NCBI GenBank assembly: GCA_010093815.1
Contig: ML996572.1
Strand: one strand, 5' to 3'
Length of the DNA: 64,000 nt
From: Pseudovirgaria hyperparasitica
Taxonomy: Eukaryota
Both the position numbers and the translations under genes were made by a program. Under the pieces are notes generated by a model. That model saw nothing but the letters and a program-made list of their open reading frames with translations, did no database searches and had not been told where the DNA came from. Each line of letters starts with the position of its first letter. The stretch's first letter is position 1. This document shows, one piece after another, positions 1-10,298 of this stretch.

Positions 1-651
1 GCTTGGCGCTTACGGCCTAGCCACATCCGGTATAGCGCGAGAAGAAAACATCAGCTTATGCATATTATTGCGATTGTTATTCTTATTCTTATTATCATCT
101 GCAGCATGCATGGCACTATCCATGGATTTCTTTATTTATCATTCGCTACGATGGGTCCTGCGTCGGTACAGTCAGAGCGGGACTGACACTTGAGATTGGG
201 TATCGATGTTTGACGCGCGCGCTCCTGGCTAGAACTACTTGGACCGACCAATCGACGACCCAACTTCCGACCTCTACCTACAACTCACTTGATAACTTTC
301 TGCAACTACTACTGCATGCATTACGCCGCTCACCCAGAATCTATCCATCATGGATGTCACCAAACTTGGCGGCACAGTCACGCCTGTAATTACTCACTCA
401 CTCACTCTCGCCGCTTCCATCACACCCTCCTCACGCCCTCGACAGGCCTTCCTTGTCCTGTCAGACGCCATCATGGCTCGTGTTTGTTTCACTCGCCAGG
501 CAATCTCGTCTCCACCTGGCGCCTCCATAGTACATAATCAGAACGACCTCCTCCTTCAACCATTCGCCTGCTCTCCATTTGCCCGTCCCTTATCTCACTC
601 GACCTTACCTGCTGCGCGCTCGAGGCGTCGGCTGTGCCATTCACTCCCAGA

Positions 652-1880
652 ATGGGCGCTCTAGACGTCGCCTCAAAAACCTACCTTCACCCTCGTTATC
701 AACGACTGTTCTTTGGCTCGCTCCTGGTCTTACTGTCGATATCTTCTCTCTTTTACCTCAACCGCTCCAGGATTTCGCAGTCCGTTAGCAATGCGTGAGT
801 GCTCTTGCTTCAATCCTCGCAAGTCCTACCCTGACTCTTCGCAGCGTGCACAAATCCAAGGTATCCTACGTGCTACCAGACGCCATCCCACTCAAACCCT
901 CCTTGAGAGACATCATACAGGCCCTTTACGCTCCGACTCTACAGCCAATCACCGCTCCCACCTTCACTGACCCCGTCGACGGCGAGGTATTCCATATTCC
1001 GCAACACCCAATCTGGACAAAATCTCTCGGCAAGCGGCTATGCCTCGTCGACATCGATAACCGGCCCTTTGATGGCGAGAATGAGCTTATGGGGAAAGTA
1101 CCTACGCCATTCGACTGGACAACTTTCTCCAACACACCCTCTGGAATGCTTGGCCACTACTTCTACGCCATGATCCATGGCTACGACTACAAATTCATTC
1201 GCACTACCGACTACCCCGACCGCGCTCCCTACTGGACCAAAATTCCCGCCCTCGCCGACCATCTGCACGACTACGACTTTGTCGTCTCCATAGACGCCGA
1301 TGCCCAGATCCGCTTCCCCCAGCTCCCTTTCGAGTGGCTCCTCAACCGATGGAACGTGACCAAAGAGACCTCCATGACCATGGCTCTCGACCCCGATGAT
1401 CCACCAAACCACGACGTTCACGGTCGCCTACACGACAACGCCGGCTTCATCGTCGCTCAGAACCTCCCGCGCACTCACGACCTCCTCAAGACCTGGGCCG
1501 CGTGCCCCGACGAGCCCTCTCCCGAATTCGAGAACTGTGCTCGTTGGAAACATCCCTGGCCCGCTGAGCAGGCCGCTTTTGCAGAATACATTCGCACCAT
1601 ATACAACGAACCAAACGATCTGAATGAGATACCGTGCGACGAAGCGAATGGCACGCCTGACTTCACTCCCAACGGCGAGTTTCAGCATGGCTGCAAGGGG
1701 AAGTTTGTGCGCCATCACACCCTGAGCAAGGATGCTATCAAAGAAACCATCCAAAATGGCCATATGGGCGTTATCATGGGGAGAATGCACCAAGACTTCA
1801 ACGAGCACAAGGAGACGAACACCTATATGAGGAAGACGAACAATCTGACCAGGACGGACAGCGGTGATGTCATTGACTAG
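652..1880 (+). CDS. Glycosyltransferase family 34-like (GMA12/MNN10 type) type II membrane protein
   Basis: ATG 652 gives MGALDVASKTYLHPRYQR plus a hydrophobic anchor (LFFGSLLVLLSISSLFYL). Intron 795-844 (GTGAGT..CTGAC..GCAG) joins in frame to the 795..1880 ORF. Motifs YAMIHGYDY, WTKIPAL, DxD (SIDADA), NAGFIV and WPAEQAAF are typical of GT34. Confidence 0.8.
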
Positions 1881-2387
1881 GCGCATCCGTGCACTCGGCC
1901 TATTATGTCTTGCACGCCTTAAAAGTCCTTTGCTTTGCCTCCGCCCCCGGGATTCCCCGTTCGGGCTCGGAGCTCTCGGCTGAAAATTAACGCTCGAGGG
2001 AACAAAGACGCTGGAAGCCGGCTTTTCAACAATGTACACATAACATACTCTTTGACTGTCTTGGCTTACATTTACTCTTGGATCCCTGTCCCGTTTATAA
2101 GTACGCTTCATTGTTAGCATGGAGATGCGGTCTCGCTTCTGTACATTCATATCGCTTTAGATACCCCCGTTGGATATATAGACTGTATACATTACTCTTC
2201 CATCACGTGTCTTGCTCTCCGGTAGTTACTCGTGTGCAATGTACTCTAGAATATTCAAAAATAATCCATATGCTTTTACATTGTGTCGTAGTAGCGTAGC
2301 TGAAGTAGAGACGAGATGTACTTATATGAACAGATAGGAACCAGGAAGCTTAGATGGGTGAATGTAGACAGAATGCAAAAGTCATGA

Positions 2388-3564
2388 CTAGATCCTGTTT
2401 CGAGTCAGTACGTGTCGTCTTAATGTCAATAGGTCCATATAACATACGCTAGATTCCCGAGCGCGTTAAGAATATCACCTCCATCCACAATGTGATTCAC
2501 GATTACATGCTTCAAGTTTTCGAACTCCTCCAGCTCCGGCTGACGTTCCGCAACAATCGTGATCTCACGCTCATTCCAAGCTTCGACCTGTGCTACTGAT
2601 AGAAATCGTCAGCTCGAGACATTACCTACCCTCCCTGCTTCCCTGGACCACACTTACAAGTGAATTGCTTCCCAAAACAACTCAGGATCGCGGAATCGTC
2701 GCGGGCTCGGGGCTTCAAAGCCAGAAACATAATCGCCACAGGAAGAGCCCAGACCCCTCCAAAGCACTTTTTCGCAATCTTGATCAGACGGCTGGGCACT
2801 AGGCGATCAGTCTGCTCCGGACCGTCGCTATCCTCAAAAAACTCTCTACGCAGCGCAAGAACCCGATTTGCCCATGACGACCAGGTCGATTTGTCTCCCA
2901 GTTGAGGATACACCTTGAACAGTCCATACTGCACCATGCTCCCGAAATCCGTAACCGCACACCGGCCCGCCACATCCATCCTCCCCTGCGAAATGTACTC
3001 GCCGAAATAAAACAATTTGTTCAGAGCCTTTTTCTTCGTCCGAAGTCCCCAGAGTCCCTCTAGCTCCACCCTGCGCTCCTCCGATACCCTGTCATCCGCC
3101 TCGAACGCAGCCAGCAGATCCAGATCCTTGATGAACTGCCGCGGCTCAAATGCTGCAGTGTCAATAACCATGAGGTTCACCTCCGACAAATCAACCTTCT
3201 CCTTGGAGGCCTTGTAGAAGCCGTACTGCAGCGCGAAAAGCAGCGAGCTCGTCCAACTGACCAAACTGCATGTGTGTTCGTGGCCCCGTCTCCATCTTAG
3301 ATGACGTTCAACCATGAAGGCGGCGGCACTGGGGTCAGTAGCGAAGACGTCTCGTGGTTGTCGGGTGGTCTTGTATTTGTGCATGCAGTGCGGGAGGATC
3401 TCGGTTGCGCTCGTGCTGCCGGCGGATGCGGGCGAGAAGACGCGGAAGAGGTATTGTGGGAGACGGCTCGTTGGGAAGTCGGCCATGCTGGACCTTTGGG
3501 AGGGGGTGGGTGAGAAGAGTAAGGCGGGTGGGACGACTGCGGTGGGGGACTGGATGTCTGACAT
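2388..3564 (-). CDS. Uncharacterised fungal protein with an ADP-ribosyltransferase-like R/S-x-S/E motif order (recalled as DUF7587-like)
   Basis: 312-aa ORF with PQYLFRV, LVSWTSSLLFALQY and FGEYISQG. A GTAAGT donor near 2657 and a CTGAC..CAG acceptor near 2596 extend it (LAQVEAWNEREITIVAERQPELEEF...). A probable further short intron ends at TAG 2388-2390. The 3' end is tentative. Confidence 0.6.
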
Positions 3565-3623
3565 TTTGTTGTGCTTGTGGGAGGTTCGTTAGTGGGAGGG
3601 AAGGAAGAGCAGCGCTTGGGAGG

Positions 3624-3676
3624 AGTGAGTGAGTGAGTGAGTGAGTGAGTGAGGGAGGGATGGATGGAGGGATGGG
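3624..3676. repeat. (GAGT)n / (GGAT)n microsatellite
   Basis: gagtgagtgagtgagt... followed by gggatggatgg, read directly. Confidence 0.85.
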
Positions 3677-5555
3677 TTGATGTCATGCTGTGCTTTTACA
3701 CATTCGCAGTCGAGGACGAGGAGTAGGAGTAGGAGTAGTAGAACTTACATGCAAACACCCTACAAAAACCCTCGTAAACACAAACAAGTCCAAGACACCG
3801 GTATTCTCAAAACAAAGCAAACCGGGTCAAAGAAGCAGCATTTTATACATTATACCCTGCTGCCTCCCCTCTACCCCAGGCACAGCCTTGTGTGCGCCTC
3901 CTGCACACAGATCACCTTGACCGGTTCCGAAGCGACGAGGGTGTCAAGCATCCCCGCACAAGGCAGACATGCAGGTATTTAACAGAGCCAATGGAGGATG
4001 AATACGTTTTCGTTCGCCTTGTTTTAGGGGTTTTCTGGTCTTGTGGGTTGTTTGTGAGTCATAGGGGTCTTTGATTGCTGTTGGTGTGCTTGCGTGTGGT
4101 ATGTGGATGGGTGTGCTATACTGCTAGCCATCGATGTGTGAGGTGGTTTGGCTGGCGTGTTTGGTTGAGATTGGGTTTACGCGTCGTTTTGTTTGGGACA
4201 GTTGTGTTCAACATGTAGTATTTCGGACTGAATGTTGGTAGAGATTCTGCGAGGAGTTTCGATCCTATGCTGGATTTGATTCTCACTAGTCGATGACACG
4301 CTGTATGATTCCATGATGTATTCAAGACACTATATTCCATGTATCATACATAGAAGCTCGTTTTAGCACTACCAATTCCTTCTGAGTAGTCCCCTCGAGA
4401 AAGAGAGCATATTCGATCAAGTGGTTTCTGTAACATCTACATGTTCGAACCCGATATTATACTTAACCTCCTGCCGCTTGTTTGACTGAGCATCATATAA
4501 GAAGTCAGAGTCTCAAATACCTGAGGCAGGAATTGATGATACAAACCCAGACCTGCGTACGATACCACACCTTAAATCAACCCAAAGTAACCCGACCGAA
4601 CCCCTATTCCACTCCTACAGCCATCAAGGAGGATTGCAGAATATTATCAGCAACACAACCTCCCTTCTACGCATCTTACCTAGCTGCTTCACGCCGTTTA
4701 TTATCTCCATCACCAGTCCTGCCCTTAATGAACCATGCCACGCCTGTGCATCGCTCGTTTCTCTCGCATACCTCTGTTATGGCTTTTACACGTTTGTGAT
4801 CCGTCCTGGAAATGCAGATTATGGTTTTCTGAGGGGTTGAGATGTGTGCTAGGTAAGTAGGGAGTGTCAGGGGAGACCTCGGGCTGTCTGTCTATTTAAG
4901 CAGTGTAGGTGCGAGGAGGTGATTTGTTGCTGTTTGGATAAGCTCGTATTCAGATGTATATGCGGCATTAGTGAGCGCATCATATCTGAACTTCACGGGA
5001 GAGTGTGAATGATTAAGTGAAGAGTAGGATGGTATCTTTGAGATGATTTGGGAGAAGTATTGTGATTGTTGTAGACTCTGGTATAAAATGGGATAGAACA
5101 TTGTCATGGAGAAGAAAAAGAGTAGGGGAGGGGGGTGAAAAGGCCGGTTGCTCAAAGCCGTTGTATATAACACCGAGAGATGTTTCTATCGATGAATACT
5201 AGCCCGGAGGCTGGTAAGCTAGTGCACAGCTGAACACTTGTAGTTTTCGAACCTCACATCCGCGCCGATGTGAACCTTGGGCTTGACAAGTGGAGAGAAT
5301 GGACCATAAGTAATGATGTAGGTGGCAGATGGCAGGTGGCAGATGGAGAAAGTGAACTGAGGGAAAGAGTGGAATTTTTCTGGTTAATGGAGATCTAACC
5401 TGTCTCCGCGACGCATGCCATACCAAAGCATGAATACCTATCCTAATGGTTACCATGTATGTTTATGTCGGCCGTTTCAGATTCTGTCCTTTCTCAATCA
5501 TATTCAGGAGTGATACGCGTATTACCCCTTGATCGGCAGCCACACATGATGGGTC

Positions 5556-6387
5556 TCATGTAGGCGCAGAGCCATCCTCAGTTTGGTGAGCACCAAACGT
5601 GCTTTCTGCAGAGAATTTTTTGAGTTTCTCAAGACGCTTTGACGGCTGCTCATGACCCTTGGTGGAATTTGCGTCCGGATGGGTCATCAAAAGCTCTCGG
5701 GACAGCTCTGGAAGGTGTTCCAAGAGCATCGAGAAGCGGTCGTAGTGACGAAGCTTGCTCAGTTGTGTCGCCGCACGATGTAAGATATGCTTGCGCAAAT
5801 TGTCTTCACTGACTGCCGATCGTTCTGGCAAATCATGAAAAACCATCTCCAGCAAGGCGCACAATGTGTGATCCGCTAGCGTCACACTGGAGAATCCGTA
5901 GGCAAACTTGGCGTATGCAGCCCTCTGAAACTCGCTAGCTTGGAGATAGTCACCCAAAGCATACAATTTAACCAGTGTCACATACACGGTTTCATGAAGG
6001 ACAGCATCGTTAAAGAGCCAGCCGTCACGGTAGAGGTATTCGACGTAGAAGCCGAAAAGATAAGGGTCTAAGCTTTCGAGTCGGATTTCTGCTTCTGCAG
6101 CTTCTTGCATGGGAACTCGAAGAGCGTGTCTTACGTATTCCGAGTCGGCTTCAGCTAAAGCCACATGGATGAGGTACGCAATACGATTGTCTGCTGGGCC
6201 AACCACAAACTTTACAATCGGAGATGACAGACACCTAGCAAGGCGTCAGCCGTTACATTTCAGACAGGTGCGGAACATACTCTGAGAACTTGAGTTTCGT
6301 TGTTTTCTCTGACCTGCTGAGAAGCCAAGATCGGACTGCATTCGCATCACTGTCGGCGACGACCAGCTTCGGCTTCAATAACGACAT
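5556..6387 (-). CDS. BTB/POZ domain protein
   Basis: ATG 6387 (MSLLKPKLVV...). Intron 6235-6280 (GTATGT..CTGAC..TAG). Then SSPIVKFVVG..YLIHVALA..SEYVR..PMQEA..IRL..FGFYVEYLY..LVKLYALGDYLQ, the usual fungal BTB pattern. Confidence 0.8.
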
Positions 6388-6506
6388 CGCAACGGTAGGG
6401 TGTGTATTTGAAGAATATTTAGAGTGAAGATGGTGCGTTTGTGTGTGGTACCTCATGCCGACGAATTTGAACGTAAGTTGGGGTAATGCTCACGTACCTA
6501 TGACCG

Positions 6507-6537
6507 TTTGTACGACCTTTTGTACGACCTTTTGTAC
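6507..6537. repeat. Short tandem repeat (TTTGTACGACCT) x~2.6
   Basis: tttgtacgacct tttgtacgacct tttgtac, upstream of the BTB gene. Confidence 0.7.
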
Positions 6538-6797
6538 AGAGCCAAGACTAAGTGATTTCGGACCAGTCATTCTCTTAGACCAATTGTTATTTTCGACTAA
6601 TGTACCCCTGAACACATGTCTCACGATGTGAATTCGGTAGAACACTGAAGTCATTCACATTCACGACTCGCGGCATAACATTAGCACATGTACACCGACT
6701 ACAGTCGACAAAGGGAACTGATTGATCGCTTATATACACAATCTATCGTACCATCCTAGTCCCCTTCTTCACATGATCCAGCAACACAGTGTTACAT

Positions 6798-7219
6798 TTA
6801 TAGCTTGCTGATGAACATGCGGGCGGCCATGAGGCGGACCTTCTGGGGAAGGAGGTACTTGGAGAAAACGTAGATCAGGGTCGGGAGCAGGATCCAGGCA
6901 AACGTGACCTCGTTGACGAAGAAAAAGGGGATGAGCTGGGGCATAGCAGACTGGAGAGCGACCTGCGAAGTATCATTAACATCGGTTCTCCCTTCCCGCT
7001 TGACATGCGAAGCTCCAAGCTTACCATCTTGCCTGCCTTCTTCTCCTCGGGCAAAGCGACACGGGTGATCTTTGCGGGCGCATTCTTGGTAGGTTGGGAG
7101 ACGCGAGTTTGAGTGCTGAAAGATGCGATGGCGGCAGGACGGACGATGGCCGACTGTTGAATGACCGGCTGGCGTGGGAGCGCCCGGGCGAGAGGACGGA
7201 GGAATCGAGAGGCAGACAT
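6798..7219 (-). CDS. ATP8: Nuclear-encoded ATP synthase F0 subunit 8 with an N-terminal mitochondrial presequence
   Basis: Exon 1 7219-7025 (MSASRFLRPLARALPRQP...KKAGKM). Intron 7024-6963 (GTAAGC..GTTAAT..CGCAG). Exon 2 6962-6798 (VALQSA-MPQLIPFFFVNEVTFAWILLPTLIYVFSKYLLPQKVRLMAARMFISKL*). The last 48 aa match the fungal Atp8 pattern (MPQLxPFxF...FSKYxLP...RxFISKL). Confidence 0.92.
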
Positions 7220-7730
7220 TGTCGGCACTGCGCGAACGGGTTAGAGACGTCAATTGAGGAATCACTCTTCCGAGGATCACCAGGGGAGGTCGTACCGAGC
7301 TGACGAGAGACTGCAGAAGATGGATTGAGATGAGTGGAGTGTTTTGTTCGAGCTTCGGTGAAGTGCTAAGGGTTGACGACAAGTTCGATGTGCCAAGACG
7401 TTATCTGGTCACGTGAACTTGACTACGCTTCTGGCATTTTATGCCTTGCTGCCTTACGCATCGGGCCATCAACACTTGCACCTCGTGCATTACGCACGAT
7501 CACCCTCCTCACTCTACATCGCATTGTGGATTTCGTGGCAAGCTCGTGCTCAGGGTCAGGTATTGCTGCAGCCTTTCCCGCGCTTCAACATGCGATAGCG
7601 CAGTGCAGTGTTCCAGCAAAGGCAGCAAAGGCTCGCGCGTATATTGCCGGGATTCAGGGAGCCACTATAAAACTCTCCTGGCAGCATCGTTATTCTTGTA
7701 GACGCAGCTCAGAACATCAACTTACCCACT

Positions 7731-9659
7731 ATGGGCTACTGGGAAGTCAAATGTCGATTCTGTGGCGTAGGCTTCAACATTGGTCGCTCGAGACGTCCCA
7801 CTGAGCCTCGCTACAAAGGGTGGCTCAACACTGCTGATATGATTGGCGTGCCACAAGGTATTCGCAAAAATTGCGTCAAGGGTAAATGTTGGGTGATCAT
7901 TCGCAGGGAGGGCCCGTGTCTTCCAGATAATGTCCAATTGAAGGATATGATATCGACTCAAGACATCGACGACAATGACGATCCAGCAGACAGCGATTAC
8001 ATGCTGGACCAAGACGACCAGGAAGATGAGTACGAAGAGCTTGAGTTCATTTCCGATGACGAGATGATCAGCGATGGCGAATATGGTGATGCTGAAGAGT
8101 CCGAAGAGATTATGGGGGACGGCGTCAAGACAGACGCAGATCGCAGGGAATCGCAAAACACAAATGGAATACCTCATCAACCGAAGAGTATCAACGACAA
8201 TGTCCCGCATTCTCCAAGCAATCACAGCACCCAAGCGTGGACTTTCGGATGGTGCCGAAGCACCCCAAAGTTTCAGGTAATGATAGATCAGACCATCGAT
8301 GACCGCAAGACCTGGCTCCCTGCACAAAAATTCTACAAAGCCAAAACGCCTTTGTACTACGATCGTATGCACGAAATCGAGCACACGACTGAAAGTGCAG
8401 ACTGCTCGACTGTGACCGCATATAACGGCAATCTCATCGAGTTCGAAGAAATGAGGGACTGCAATGTCTTTCAAGGAATGGTCCGCCGACAACCCAATTG
8501 GGCCCCGGAATCCGATGATATCGACTACGAAAGCGCGAGCCGATATGTATTCACAGGACTGTGTGGTCACATGTCGTCAACGGATTTGCGATTCTTCCCG
8601 CACCTGCGCCCTATACGCTACGGACAAGATAGTGTCTTCTGCAACGAGTATGTCTGGGATCCGAACGACAATTATGCCATGCCGTTCCATCCTTGGTGCT
8701 TTGATATATACGCTAGGCTGTCTCGTCGGTGTAATGGCGTTGTCGACGTCAACGGCCTGATGGACTGGCATTATTTCGTTGACGGCCCCAGGTATGGGGA
8801 ACCAACGTACCGTGCAGACGGAAATGTAGACGAAGACGATCGTCCCTACTCCTGGGGTCATCACGAACATGTGAGAGGGTGTGGGAGCGATTTTTGGCTC
8901 CATCCGAAAGGGACAGAGTACCTTGCAGCGAATCCTTTGTTTGTCCCAAAGTTGCCAGCTCTGCTACAGATGGCCACTGAAACGAAGCCTGACTTTGATC
9001 CTAGAGGAAGCCCATTCGCCGAGTCTAAGGATGATGGACTACAGACCGATGACTTCTCACGACTCCCGTGGGAGTTGAAGATGGAGATTCTCTCGCATCT
9101 CTCGTCGAAGAACATTGCGAACTTGCGCCTAGCCAGCCGCACCTTCAGACACTTACCCAACACGCTATGGAAACATCTTCTGATGAAAGAGATGCCATGG
9201 CTATGGGAAGTATGGTGTGACGACGAGCCCTATTTCTGGGCCGCAGTAGCGTTCGGTAACATCGCACAATCCTACATCGACAACGAGCGCGACCTGGCTA
9301 GATACGATGAACAGTCTGCCGAAATAGATCGCATTAATCGTATAATTGAAGAAGCATACGTTCGCGAAAACCCAGCGTTTGTCGGACGGTGGAAAAAAGC
9401 AAGCGCAGAAGCTCTAGGTGAGCGACCGGTTCTGTCACAGGACTGGCGATCCAAGGCCAGTCCTGTCTCTGGTAAGTTGCCGTCCAGCAAGACGAACTGG
9501 TATTCGCTCTACACACTCATCACGCGACATTGGAAAGATTTGAAGGGTTTGAGGAACAGAGCGCGAATATGGACTGATATTGAACGAATGATGGGTATGA
9601 TCGCAGAATCAAGAGAGCGCGGTCTCATTTCGCCGCTTGGAGGAGACCCGACGTTTTGA
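7731..9659 (+). CDS. F-box domain protein
   Basis: 642-aa ORF with an F-box (FSRLPWELKMEILSHLSSKNIANLRLASRTF), N-terminal CxxCG, PFHPWCF, and a C-terminal KGLRNRARIW motif common in this fungal family. Confidence 0.8.
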   Translation: MGYWEVKCRFCGVGFNIGRSRRPTEPRYKGWLNTADMIGVPQGIRKNCVKGKCWVIIRREGPCLPDNVQLKDMISTQDIDDNDDPADSDYMLDQDDQEDEYEELEFISDDEMISDGEYGDAEESEEIMGDGVKTDADRRESQNTNGIPHQPKSINDNVPHSPSNHSTQAWTFGWCRSTPKFQVMIDQTIDDRKTWLPAQKFYKAKTPLYYDRMHEIEHTTESADCSTVTAYNGNLIEFEEMRDCNVFQGMVRRQPNWAPESDDIDYESASRYVFTGLCGHMSSTDLRFFPHLRPIRYGQDSVFCNEYVWDPNDNYAMPFHPWCFDIYARLSRRCNGVVDVNGLMDWHYFVDGPRYGEPTYRADGNVDEDDRPYSWGHHEHVRGCGSDFWLHPKGTEYLAANPLFVPKLPALLQMATETKPDFDPRGSPFAESKDDGLQTDDFSRLPWELKMEILSHLSSKNIANLRLASRTFRHLPNTLWKHLLMKEMPWLWEVWCDDEPYFWAAVAFGNIAQSYIDNERDLARYDEQSAEIDRINRIIEEAYVRENPAFVGRWKKASAEALGERPVLSQDWRSKASPVSGKLPSSKTNWYSLYTLITRHWKDLKGLRNRARIWTDIERMMGMIAESRERGLISPLGGDPTF

Positions 9660-10298
9660 TCAATCACTTGGTTTGCATTGCATACAGGTCTGATAGACTT
9701 ACCGTATGGCCATACGTTCAAACGGTCATCTTGCTCTCTCCGTCGACCAATCGATTCTGTGCCTCGAGTGTCTTGCTGAACCAAATGTGAAAACTACTTC
9801 TACTCCCACTTTCACCGTTTGAATCAAGTCTAAAGTGTCCGTAACAAGATGCTAAACGACAAACAAACAATCATGCCACCAAAGACGACAAGTACTACTA
9901 CCAACAGTCGTAGATTATATATTTGAGAAGCATCATCTCTACTCACTCCCAATGACCCCACTTCCAATACACATTCACAGGCTGTCAAGCTCAGACGAGA
10001 CTTGGCTCTCCAATGGGATCACGAGATACCGCGTACTCTGCCTCTCATCACAATCAGACATCTCAGGACTTCTTCCACACAAAACACAAAACACATGCCA
10101 CGGCTCATTCCATTTCCATCTATGCCCTAGAAGCAAAACACCAATCTACACCTACAAAACACCAGCCATACAACACCAAACAATCCAAAACACCAGCCCA
10201 ACAAGCAACCCCCTGGTATCACGCTCCAATCCCAAAAAAAACCCAAATTACACCATACCCCCAGAAAGTCAACAAACGCCAGAGCAAAAGGATCCTGA

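Noticed and set aside
350..664. 104-aa ORF overlapping the GT34 start
   Set aside because: No recognisable motifs; probably a chance ORF in C-rich promoter/UTR sequence.
6798..7382. 194-aa and 117-aa ORFs as separate proteins, or the ATP8 match as a NUMT
   Set aside because: They are two frames of one spliced gene. The intron, presequence and nuclear codon usage argue against a NUMT.
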